Origin: a virus
Taxonomy: Duplodnaviria > Caudoviricetes
Reading direction: 5' to 3' (one strand)
DNA length: 60,194 bases
IMG/VR virus record: IMGVR_UViG_3300001450_000036
Span: 1 to 60,194 of that record
The notes under the pieces are model-generated. The model was not told the origin of the DNA. It made no database searches and saw only the letters and a list, made by a program, of their open reading frames with translations. Made by a program: the position numbers and the translations under genes. Of the stretch, positions 1 through 8,017 are shown one piece after another; position 1 is the first letter of the stretch; each line of letters opens with the position of its first letter.

Positions 1-1
1 T

Positions 2-457
2 AACTTTAATACTTGTAACGTCAGACCCTAAACATATCAAACCAAGGACTTTATCTGTTTTCCTATCTCTTACCCAGAATTTCATATTACGTCCAGGATT
101 TGCAACCCATTCCATTGTGTGGATAAGTTTACGGTAGTTTACCCATTCTGTAACCCCTTTTCCTGGTGTTGCCATTACAACATAAGGTTCTAAATCTTCA
201 ATTTGTTTTATTGTATGTTCTACATCATCCATATCTGATGGTACCCATAGATTTTTTCGATAATCATATAATTTATTTTTTACCTTTTCCATTTTACCAC
301 CCTTATTCATTTCTTGCCACTTTTTATAAAGTGTTTGTTCTTCTACAGACATTTCTTTAAGCATGTCCAAATTATCTATAAGATTTTGTTTGTTTTCCTC
401 AAAATTAAAAGACTCTTCAGCTTCTATAATGTCAAATATTGTTGTTTGTTCTCCCAT
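2..457 (-). CDS. DUF4338 / Druantia DruA-like protein (partial, runs off the left edge; not in the ORF track)
   Basis: Hand translation from ATG at 457: MGEQTTIFDII...SVEEQTLYKKWQE...RKLIHTMEWVANPGRNMKFWVRDRKTDKVLGLICLGSDVTSIKV, with no stop. PGR-x-K-F-x-V-x-D...GL-I-x-LGSD resembles DUF4338 proteins of large phages. Confidence 0.65.
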   Translation of the reverse strand, partial: MGEQTTIFDIIEAEESFNFEENKQNLIDNLDMLKEMSVEEQTLYKKWQEMNKGGKMEKVKNKLYDYRKNLWVPSDMDDVEHTIKQIEDLEPYVVMATPGKGVTEWVNYRKLIHTMEWVANPGRNMKFWVRDRKTDKVLGLICLGSDVTSIKV

Positions 458-461
458 ATGG

Positions 462-492
462 TAATAATAATATATTTTAATAGGTATTTCAA
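462..492 (-). promoter_or_regulatory. Putative leaderless promoter TTGA-N19-TATTATTA-N4-ATG
   Basis: Coding strand TTGAAA-N17-TATTAT-N6-ATG(457). Same geometry is found at four other genes. Confidence 0.55.
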
Positions 493-541
493 GTTTTATT
501 TACTTGTTAAATTTTACTATTTATATTTAAAGAAAAAACCA

Positions 542-781
542 ATGGCGTGTAAATCTTGTAAGAAAACAAAAAAAATGAGGGAGACTATTGATGGTGGTGT
601 TGATTCCTTTCAAGAAAAAATTAATCAGAGAAAAAAAGAGATTGAGTTTATCAACGATAACATAGACCCAAAAGTTCTTCTTACCTCTAGTATTGAAAGA
701 TTTGTACTTATTCTTTTTGCTTGGATTCCCTTAGGTGTTGGTTACTTAACCATTGTGAGATGGTTTATTTCACTATTTTAA
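542..781 (+). CDS. Small membrane-anchored protein with N-terminal CxxC (MACKSC...)
   Basis: The real start is probably ATG at 542, not 314, because the upstream part overlaps the minus-strand gene. A-rich leader and TATTTATA at 518-525. Hydrophobic C-terminus FVLILFAWIPLGVGYLTIVRWF. Confidence 0.65.
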   Translation: MACKSCKKTKKMRETIDGGVDSFQEKINQRKKEIEFINDNIDPKVLLTSSIERFVLILFAWIPLGVGYLTIVRWFISLF

Positions 782-1785
782 TTAAAATTTTCACTTCTTA
801 GTAATTCTTCTAGTAGTTGTTTCTCCTTATCGTTTATTTTTTCTGGTGATATAATCTGTGGTTTAACATATAAGTCACCGTAACTTTGATTTGGTCTTTT
901 TAATCCTTTACCTCTAAGGTTAAATGTTTGTCCTGGTTTACTAGCTGTAGGGATTCGTACACTTAATGAGGAATTAAAAAATGGTACATTTACACTGGTC
1001 CCAATTATTAGTTTTAATAAGGGTATTTTAGGTTCATAGACTAAATCTTGGTTTATAACTTTAAAATCTGGATGTTTACGTATAACAACTTCTATCTGTA
1101 AGTCTCCGTTTTGACCATTATGTATCTCATTACCCATAGACCTAAACGAGTATAATTGTCCAGTCATAAGTTCACCAGGTACCTTAAAATCTATAATATT
1201 ATCTTCTGATATTAAACCTTCTGACTTACATGTATTACACGCTTTTAAAATATGTTTACCTTTACCATTACATGCCCTACATGTTTGGGTCATAACTTGC
1301 CTAAAAAAAGCATTCCCTACCATTTGTTCAGTCTGTCCTCTACCATTACAATAACCACACATATTACTTTCACCACCTGACCCATGACAAGTACGACACA
1401 AAACTTTTCTTTTATATTTTAATTTTTTAACCACCTCAAAATAGACTTCATCTAAACCAACAATTAACGGTATACTTAGGTTACCTCCTTTTTTAATATT
1501 TTGTCGTTGTTTTCTTCCTTGTTGCCCACCAAAGAATTGGTTAAACACATCTTCCATATTGGGGCCTCCTCCGTGATTAAACGGATTTTGTCCCTGATGG
1601 TCGTATTTCATTCTTTTTTCGGTGTTACCTAAAGTATCATAAGCTTCTGACATTTCTTTAAAAACTTTTTCATCACCACCTTTATCTGGGTGATGTGTTT
1701 TAGAAAGTTTTCTAAAAGCCTTTTTTATTTCATCTTGTGATGATTCTCTATTTATATTTAGGATTTTATAGTAATCTTTATTCAT
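778..1785 (-). CDS. dnaJ: DnaJ chaperone
   Basis: J domain with HPD, G/F-rich linker, CxxCxGxG zinc-finger repeats, C-terminal substrate-binding domain (GDL...LRGKG). Confidence 0.95.
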   Translation of the reverse strand: MNKDYYKILNINRESSQDEIKKAFRKLSKTHHPDKGGDEKVFKEMSEAYDTLGNTEKRMKYDHQGQNPFNHGGGPNMEDVFNQFFGGQQGRKQRQNIKKGGNLSIPLIVGLDEVYFEVVKKLKYKRKVLCRTCHGSGGESNMCGYCNGRGQTEQMVGNAFFRQVMTQTCRACNGKGKHILKACNTCKSEGLISEDNIIDFKVPGELMTGQLYSFRSMGNEIHNGQNGDLQIEVVIRKHPDFKVINQDLVYEPKIPLLKLIIGTSVNVPFFNSSLSVRIPTASKPGQTFNLRGKGLKRPNQSYGDLYVKPQIISPEKINDKEKQLLEELLRSENFN

Positions 1786-2421
1786 ATGGTTTATAATCGT
1801 AATAAATACAAAATTGTTTTATTTAGAAATGGTGAAAGAAACAAAGTTTTTTTCTCTTCTAATAGTAAAAAAAGTATTTTAAAAAAATATAGTAAATTAA
1901 TTGAAGAAAAAAAGCCTAAATTCATTACAGAATACATCTCTAGAAAAAAAGTTATGTTCGAGTTGGGTGTTGTGACTACTGTTGAGTCTGAAAATGATGT
2001 TTATAGTAAGGATGAGTTAGGTAGAGTTAAAAAGGTTGAGTTAGGTGAATCCGAATACAACATTTTAAAAATGGTTCCTTACTGGAAAGAAGAATTGGTT
2101 TATGACCATACCACCAAATCTAAAATTAAATTTATTTCATTAATGGATACCTACCTATCAGATTCCAGTTTTAAACAAATTTTCACTTTAAATAATAAAC
2201 TAATAATACAAAATGATAATGTTATTAATTTATTTAGTCTTAAGACGGTTCAAGACTGTTTAAGATTACTTGGTGTTATTGAACTTAATTTTATAGACAA
2301 TGGTAGATTTGATTGTTTATTGGTTTCTGATAATTCAACCGTTCAACGTAAACAATTGTACGATTTATTGGTTGGTTATGGTTTTTCTAGAGAGTTCTTA
2401 CGTAAACAATATACCTACTAA
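1786..2421 (+). CDS. Hypothetical protein
   Basis: 211-aa ORF with protein-like composition, divergent from dnaJ with no spacer. Confidence 0.75.
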   Translation: MVYNRNKYKIVLFRNGERNKVFFSSNSKKSILKKYSKLIEEKKPKFITEYISRKKVMFELGVVTTVESENDVYSKDELGRVKKVELGESEYNILKMVPYWKEELVYDHTTKSKIKFISLMDTYLSDSSFKQIFTLNNKLIIQNDNVINLFSLKTVQDCLRLLGVIELNFIDNGRFDCLLVSDNSTVQRKQLYDLLVGYGFSREFLRKQYTY

Positions 2422-2651
2422 ATTTTATTAAAAATGTATTCCACCTCATTTATGTTTAGTGAAACCATTCTTTTACTTCTATCTACCCTAACATCAACAA
2501 ATTCTTCTATTTCCATTAAAACTCTTTTAAAATCTTGGTTTTTAATATCTATAGTTACAGTAGATTTTATTATGTTTTTATTACTTGTTAGTATTTCCGC
2601 GATGTTAGCACAGTCTTTAAGATATATAAACTCTTTTTTATTTTCTTCCAT
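2418..2651 (-). CDS. Hypothetical protein
   Basis: 77-aa ORF tiling the minus-strand run. Confidence 0.65.
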   Translation of the reverse strand: MEENKKEFIYLKDCANIAEILTSNKNIIKSTVTIDIKNQDFKRVLMEIEEFVDVRVDRSKRMVSLNINEVEYIFNKI

Positions 2652-2800
2652 AACCCCACATTTGTATTTTTATTATTTCTAATTTCAGATTTTTTTATCT
2701 TTTTAATATTTTTAATAAAATTAGTTTTATGGGTCTTAAGTTGTAACTGGTCCTTTAGTATCTCCCTGTTGAACCAATTCGGTATCTGTTTTTCCTCCAT
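2588..2800 (-). CDS. Small basic hypothetical protein
   Basis: 70-aa ORF bridging two neighbours, overlapping both. Confidence 0.5.
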   Translation of the reverse strand: MEEKQIPNWFNREILKDQLQLKTHKTNFIKNIKKIKKSEIRNNKNTNVGLWKKIKKSLYILKTVLTSRKY

Positions 2801-3206
2801 CTAAATCTTTTTTAAATTGTGGGTAAAAGTTAATATTAACATCTCTTAGAGATTCTAAATTATTTTCATGAAATACTTTTTGTAGTTCCATCATTTTTTT
2901 ATTTAATAACGCGTTTTTTTCTTCAACATCAGTATTCCACTTAATAACCTTTTTAATTTCTTCAACTAAAATATTAGTGTTTTTTTCATCAAATAAACTA
3001 TAGAATGAAATTAGTTTTGAGTTTTTATCACTACTATTAACTTTCATCTGTACTACACTACCTTCCTGTGTAGTGGTTTTTTGTTGTAGTATTTTTTTAT
3101 CTTCCCAACTTAAAGGTAATTTTAAATCGATAATTATAAAATCTTCATGTATTCTTATTCCGTGGAATAATTTTTTAAATTGTGATATTTCTGAATAAAG
3201 TGACAT
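2736..3206 (-). CDS. Hypothetical protein
   Basis: 156-aa ORF with a coiled-coil-like segment. Confidence 0.75.
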   Translation of the reverse strand: MSLYSEISQFKKLFHGIRIHEDFIIIDLKLPLSWEDKKILQQKTTTQEGSVVQMKVNSSDKNSKLISFYSLFDEKNTNILVEEIKKVIKWNTDVEEKNALLNKKMMELQKVFHENNLESLRDVNINFYPQFKKDLDGGKTDTELVQQGDTKGPVTT

Positions 3207-3209
3207 AGG

Positions 3210-3389
3210 TTAGTAAATTAAATAAGTTATAAAGTAGGATGTGGCAATACCTAGTAGTATTAAATCAATTTTATTTAGGATATATTTTGTTGGTTCTGTT
3301 GAAAACAATTTAACCACAAATAGAAATAACTGCCTAATAATTATTAGTATTGAAAATATAAAGACTAGTGTGAAGACCCAATTATTCAT
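3210..3389 (-). CDS. Small two-helix membrane protein (not in the ORF track)
   Basis: Hand translation MNNWVFTLVFIFSILIIIRQLFLFVVKLFSTEPTKYILNKIDLILLGIATSYFITYLIY*. Its ATG directly follows the stop of the upstream gene. Confidence 0.7.
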   Translation of the reverse strand: MNNWVFTLVFIFSILIIIRQLFLFVVKLFSTEPTKYILNKIDLILLGIATSYFITYLIY

Positions 3390-3563
3390 CTATTTTTTAC
3401 TTTCTTCTAAAATTTCTTTTCTTAGGTCTTGTAATAGAGCTTTTAACTCTTGTGCAGATTTTCTTGCTCTTACACCAGCACTTTTATTTTGTTTTTCAAA
3501 AAATTTTTCACTATCCACTTTTACACTTGTTACTAAATTTTCAATTTTATTTAATGTTTCCAT
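3390..3563 (-). CDS. Histone H1-like (Hc1-type) small nucleoid protein (not in the ORF track)
   Basis: Hand translation METLNKIENLVTSVKVDSEKFFEKQNKSAGVRARKSAQELKALLQDLRKEILEESKK*. NKxAGxRARK is the signature of Bacteroidota/Chlamydia Hc1-like proteins. Confidence 0.85.
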   Translation of the reverse strand: METLNKIENLVTSVKVDSEKFFEKQNKSAGVRARKSAQELKALLQDLRKEILEESKK

Positions 3564-3768
3564 CTTTATTTTTATTTTCTTTGTTTATATAAGACTCCCA
3601 CATCGCTATGGAATTGGTTGTCTTACTTAGTTTATTAACTAACTTTATAGAGTTTTTCACTGTCTCTTCAGTTGTATAATCGTTTCTATTTAAAACTTTT
3701 TCTAATTCATTTTCTAACTTTTGTTTTTTTAGAATTAATTCGTTTGTTATAATATTAATTATTCTCAT
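3547..3768 (-). CDS. Hypothetical protein
   Basis: 73-aa helical ORF that heads the small-gene operon. Confidence 0.7.
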   Translation of the reverse strand: MRIINIITNELILKKQKLENELEKVLNRNDYTTEETVKNSIKLVNKLSKTTNSIAMWESYINKENKNKDGNIK

Positions 3769-3772
3769 GATT

Positions 3773-3803
3773 TAAACTTAATAAATGTTTTAGTAGGTGT
3801 CAA
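3773..3803 (-). promoter_or_regulatory. Putative leaderless promoter TTGA-N19-TAAGTTTA-N4-ATG
   Basis: Coding strand TTGACA-N17-TAAGTT-N6-ATG(3768), with a perfect -35 hexamer. Confidence 0.7.
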
Positions 3804-4266
3804 GTTTTTTATTCTCTAAACTTCTATCCAAAAGAATATACATCTCTAGTAACATATCTAATTCTGATTTAGTTTTTTTTGTGTGAAGGGTAAATAGATG
3901 TAAAAAGAAATTTTTTAATTTTTCCGCATTTCCTATATCAGTATAAAAAGACTCCTTAAATAAATTCCAAAGGTAGTCTCTATGTTCACCTACTGGTTCA
4001 AAAAATATATTTTCTCTGGTAAAATTATTAATTGTTTTAGTCCAACACCAATCAAAATGACCTTTAACATCTTCCTCTTTATTTATAACGTCATCCCCTA
4101 AATATGTTGTTTTTATTAAACCATATACAGAATTTATAAAATCAGAAAACAGTTCACTTCTTTCGTGATTAATATTGTGGACCTTAACCCACAAATTAAT
4201 GTTGTCACGACTTACGTGTTCGGTAACATACCTTAAAAACTGTTCTGGTGATACTTTTTTTCCCAT
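3790..4266 (-). CDS. Hypothetical protein
   Basis: 158-aa ORF. Confidence 0.8.
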   Translation of the reverse strand: MGKKVSPEQFLRYVTEHVSRDNINLWVKVHNINHERSELFSDFINSVYGLIKTTYLGDDVINKEEDVKGHFDWCWTKTINNFTRENIFFEPVGEHRDYLWNLFKESFYTDIGNAEKLKNFFLHLFTLHTKKTKSELDMLLEMYILLDRSLENKKLDTY

Positions 4267-4315
4267 ATCTTTTAATATAATAAAGATAGCAAAAAAAGTA
4301 AGATAATAAATAGAG

Positions 4316-5236
4316 TTATTGGGTGATTTTATTATAGTTCCACAATTTTTTCATCTCTTGTACATCTTCGGATACTTCTTCCTTAACTTGTACTACTTTT
4401 TGTACGTCAGGTGTAAAACCTCTTAAGTTTGTCATTGATGCTTTTTCTTGTGCTATTTTTTCTTTTCTTCTCTCTACAGATTTTTTTATTTTTTCTCCTA
4501 ATTTACTAGGGACTACATTTCCTAACGCTTCACCATCTTCATCCGTTTGAGCGTTTCCTGTTTCACTAGAACCTTCTAGGTATTTTGTTAACCTATCCAT
4601 GTTTTGGTTGTGTACGTCAAAGTCTTGAAGTCCTGGGTACGCAAAATCTTCCACAAACTCTTCGTCTTCTGTAGTGTTTCTATACATAGGTGATTCATAG
4701 TCTGTTTTAGAATTATTTTGATTAGGAAACTCTGGATTTGAGTTATCCGGCACATTCATATAGTCTTTTAGTTTTTTTGCTAAGTCTTTGTGGTAGGAAT
4801 CAGTTTCTTTTTTTGATGTCTTGTAAGCTTTTTCGAACGCATCGTATCCCGGTAGTGAAGCTTCTTTTAATCTATCTTTTAATTTTTTACCAACAATTTT
4901 CTGAATTGTTTGTCTAGTAGATTCATTGGTTATTGATTTTTCTTTTTTACTTTCTTCTATAACCTCTTTTACCATGTTATCTATTGTGTTTTCTAACACC
5001 ATCTTTTCAGCCATTTCGTCAGCAACAGCTTTTAATGCCTCTTCTATAACTTCTGTAGTTTCTTCTTTACCTTCAGCTATTCTATTGTTTCTAAACTCTA
5101 ATCGGTCTTTTTCTATTTCCATAGCATTCATTTCCACACCTTTATTATCTCTAGCTAGACTATGGTTCTCACCAATTCTATCTACAGCTTGTTTTATTAT
5201 TTTTGTTAAATCCGGTTTTTCTGCTAATATTGACAT
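4316..5236 (-). CDS. Charged helical protein, possible internal head/core protein
   Basis: E/K-rich with many [ILV]xE motifs. TATTTATA motif at 5251-5258 upstream. Confidence 0.6.
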   Translation of the reverse strand: MSILAEKPDLTKIIKQAVDRIGENHSLARDNKGVEMNAMEIEKDRLEFRNNRIAEGKEETTEVIEEALKAVADEMAEKMVLENTIDNMVKEVIEESKKEKSITNESTRQTIQKIVGKKLKDRLKEASLPGYDAFEKAYKTSKKETDSYHKDLAKKLKDYMNVPDNSNPEFPNQNNSKTDYESPMYRNTTEDEEFVEDFAYPGLQDFDVHNQNMDRLTKYLEGSSETGNAQTDEDGEALGNVVPSKLGEKIKKSVERRKEKIAQEKASMTNLRGFTPDVQKVVQVKEEVSEDVQEMKKLWNYNKITQ

Positions 5237-5263
5237 AGTTTCTTTTTTATTATAAATATCTAT

Positions 5264-5974
5264 TTATTCGTATTTACCTCCCACATTGGAACCCATCGTA
5301 TATATTTTCCCTATGGGTGTATCCATTTTTGCTGTCCCGACTAAACTCGTTATCGGAGATTTGTAAATACTTCTTCTTATTATTTCTTCTATTTCGTTTT
5401 TTACTAGTTGTTTTATATGGTTTTTGTCTTTACCAGTTTTTTTAGCTACTTCAGTTATAGCTTTTTTTATTTTTTTATTTTCAGTTAAATCTAAAGCGTT
5501 TATATCACCTTGGTTACAGTACGGAAAAGTTTTACATCTATCTTTTATTTTTACGAATTTTCCACCTGGCCACTGGGTTTTTGCTCTACCCCTCCAATTC
5601 TTTAAATTTTTTGCTAGGAATGCTGGTGTCGAATATTGTCCAGAACTTGATGCTGTTGTTGCCTCGTCAAACTCTTCTTTTTTCTTTTTCTTTTTTTTAT
5701 TAGTAAACCTAGGGTCATATCCCATTGGTACCATGAATGCTCCAGCACTCGCTGCTGTTGTAGCTTCTTCCATTTCACTTTCTGTTGTTTTTTTCCACTC
5801 CTCGTGTGTCTCTTGGGGGTGTATTTCATTACAGTTATGTTCTTCTTCTAACTCATACCCACTCCTTATGTCTTTAGGTACTAATTGTTTTGCTTTTAAA
5901 GTATCACCACCTTCACTACCTAGTTTATTAAGTGATGATTTTATACTTTTTCTTAAATTATCTTTAATCCCCAT
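5264..5974 (-). CDS. Hypothetical protein with duplicated EATT motif, possible internal head protein
   Basis: EMEEATTAASAGAF and EFDEATTASSSGQY separated by a poly-Lys run. Confidence 0.6.
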   Translation of the reverse strand: MGIKDNLRKSIKSSLNKLGSEGGDTLKAKQLVPKDIRSGYELEEEHNCNEIHPQETHEEWKKTTESEMEEATTAASAGAFMVPMGYDPRFTNKKKKKKKEEFDEATTASSSGQYSTPAFLAKNLKNWRGRAKTQWPGGKFVKIKDRCKTFPYCNQGDINALDLTENKKIKKAITEVAKKTGKDKNHIKQLVKNEIEEIIRRSIYKSPITSLVGTAKMDTPIGKIYTMGSNVGGKYE

Positions 5975-5975
5975 T

Positions 5976-6218
5976 TTATCTTACTCTTTTTATTTCTGAT
6001 TGCCACATACTACGTCTAAACCAGAATGTTTTATATAGTTCCAACATAACTTTACTGACGATATCTACAATTTCTGTTCTAGTATTTCTACCACTTTTAA
6101 TTTCTTTTGCTACAACTTTTTGGACCTCACTTTTAAATTGTGGTTTAGACATGAAGTCTTTAATTTCTTTTCTAGCGATTCTTGCTATTTCGTCTTTATC
6201 GGTTTTTGTTAGTGCCAT
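5976..6218 (-). CDS. Hypothetical protein
   Basis: 80-aa ORF. TATTTATA motif at 6223-6230. Confidence 0.75.
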   Translation of the reverse strand: MALTKTDKDEIARIARKEIKDFMSKPQFKSEVQKVVAKEIKSGRNTRTEIVDIVSKVMLELYKTFWFRRSMWQSEIKRVR

Positions 6219-6230
6219 TACTTATAAATA

Positions 6231-6605
6231 CTACTTAACGTTAGATACGACCCAAGAAGCCGTAACAATTGTTGCTGCACCTAAAAAGAAGTGAACTACA
6301 GGTTTATTATACCACTTAGGTCTCAATTCTTTTGTCAAATCTATATACAAATCTATTCTTTGATTTAATAGGTCTGTTTTTTCATTCATAAAAGCTATAT
6401 GAAGACTATCTTGTGTGTGTAGTGTTCTATAATTTATTATTTGGCCCCTAAGTAAATTAATCTCTAATTTTTGTAAACTATCAGTTTGTTCGTATACTTG
6501 AAATAATGAATCTATTTCAACCACCTCTTTTTCAGTAAAAGTATTTGTTTGTGTAAAGGCCCATACTGGTGTAAACAATAATAATATTAATACTAGTTTT
6601 TTCAT
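6231..6605 (-). CDS. Signal-peptide, coiled-coil, C-terminal TM protein (possibly spanin-like)
   Basis: MKKLVLILLLFTPVWA leader, heptad-like middle, hydrophobic C-terminus. No lipobox Cys. Confidence 0.55.
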   Translation of the reverse strand: MKKLVLILLLFTPVWAFTQTNTFTEKEVVEIDSLFQVYEQTDSLQKLEINLLRGQIINYRTLHTQDSLHIAFMNEKTDLLNQRIDLYIDLTKELRPKWYNKPVVHFFLGAATIVTASWVVSNVK

Positions 6606-6610
6606 TTTGG

Positions 6611-6922
6611 TTACTTTTTTAACCTATTTTTTATCGAGTCTGTTGCCTGTTTAGATGTTTTCTTTTTTACTTTAGGTTTTTTGGTTTTAAGTTTTTTTAA
6701 TTCTTTGTCTGTTTCCTCAATCTTTTTCTTTGTAACCTTCTTTTTCTTTTTAACATACTTTATCTTGCCGTCAACTTCTGAAGTTTTATTTTCGTTATTT
6801 CTAATATTCTTTTTAATCTTTTTAACTTTTCTACTTGAGTTCGCGTTAAACATCCATACAAGACCAATAAAGAACCCTATAACACCTAAAACCCATTTCC
6901 ATGATTTTTTTAAAAATTCCAT
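6611..6922 (-). CDS. N-terminal TM plus basic coiled coil (i-spanin-like topology)
   Basis: WKWVLGVIGFFIGLVWMF followed by a Lys-rich helix. Confidence 0.55.
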   Translation of the reverse strand: MEFLKKSWKWVLGVIGFFIGLVWMFNANSSRKVKKIKKNIRNNENKTSEVDGKIKYVKKKKKVTKKKIEETDKELKKLKTKKPKVKKKTSKQATDSIKNRLKK

Positions 6923-6923
6923 T

Positions 6924-7457
6924 TTACTCGTTTTCGTCTTCCATTGTTTTAGTTGACTTTCTATCAGCCAATACTTTTGCCCATTTAGTTGAAAATATTT
7001 GGTAGTAACTTTTAAGATTCTTTAGGGTTTCTAAAGCTTCTTCGTCTAACTTTATCATACTACCAGTAATATACACTCCGTTTCTTTCACCCACGCTATA
7101 AAAAAATTCAGTATCAAATTTTACTAAATTTCCTGACCACTCAACATTATTTTCATAAATATTTAAAACACCATAGTCTACTAGGTCAGAAACTTGTTCT
7201 ACAAAATCATCCATTGTTTCTTGGTAGGTGTTCTTTTCTTCATCGGTTAAGGTTATATCAGCCGTCGTGTATCCATGTACAATAATTTTTCCACTAGAAA
7301 CATCATACTCTTTAATCTTTTCTTTTTCTCTATCCAATTCAACATCCACCTCAACCTGTTCAAATAACTTTCTAGATTTGTTGAGTAATGATTTCATTTC
7401 ATCATATTGATGATTGTTGTAATCTACGTAATTTTTTATTTTATTTATTTTTTTCAT
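6924..7457 (-). CDS. Hypothetical protein
   Basis: 177-aa acidic ORF in the operon. Confidence 0.75.
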   Translation of the reverse strand: MKKINKIKNYVDYNNHQYDEMKSLLNKSRKLFEQVEVDVELDREKEKIKEYDVSSGKIIVHGYTTADITLTDEEKNTYQETMDDFVEQVSDLVDYGVLNIYENNVEWSGNLVKFDTEFFYSVGERNGVYITGSMIKLDEEALETLKNLKSYYQIFSTKWAKVLADRKSTKTMEDENE

Positions 7458-8017
7458 AGTATTTCAAAATTAAATGATGGGTTTAAATCTGTCCAATATT
7501 CATTATAGTTACTTCTACACACGATACCTTTAAAATTTTCTACACCGTCAACTAACACATTATGTCCTAGAACATGGTTAGGTATTTTTTTTTCTTTACA
7601 GACTTTATCTAATAACTTAATAGTAGAAGATAATTGTGTGTCTGTGTATTTATCCCAGAATATTTTACCCCTCCATTTTTTCTCATGGACTTTATTATTA
7701 TAAATATTACCTAACCAGTCAATAAACTTACCATCTTCTTTTCTTCTTTTTAACCACCCTAAATTTTCTAAAGCTACCACCACCACTCCTGATGAACAAT
7801 ATCCCGATAAGTATTCTTGGGTGATGTCTTCTTTATTTAGTTGGTGTATTTTACCACTCTTTTCCACAAAATAATTAGGTTTTCTTCTATTCTTACCATT
7901 ATTTCTTAATGATAGTCCAGTTAAAAAGTCTTTTGCTGGTCTTTGGCTATTACAGAGTAATATTTGTTTACTTTCTTCCCTTGTATTTAAGTTTTGTTTT
8001 TTCATCTTTGTTCTCAT
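7454..8017 (-). CDS. N-acetylmuramoyl-L-alanine amidase-fold protein (Amidase_2-like, degenerate)
   Basis: NYFVEKSGKIHQL, ALENLG, YTDTQLSS and VLGHN follow the Amidase_2 motif order. The first Zn His is apparently replaced (ILLCNS). Confidence 0.6.
   Translation of the reverse strand: MRTKMKKQNLNTREESKQILLCNSQRPAKDFLTGLSLRNNGKNRRKPNYFVEKSGKIHQLNKEDITQEYLSGYCSSGVVVVALENLGWLKRRKEDGKFIDWLGNIYNNKVHEKKWRGKIFWDKYTDTQLSSTIKLLDKVCKEKKIPNHVLGHNVLVDGVENFKGIVCRSNYNEYWTDLNPSFNFEIL

Noticed and set aside
166-541. Plus-strand ORF 166-360 and the 314-541 extension of the 155-aa ORF
   Set aside because: Both are antisense to the DUF4338-like gene and have F/L/Y-rich shadow composition. The better start is ATG 542.
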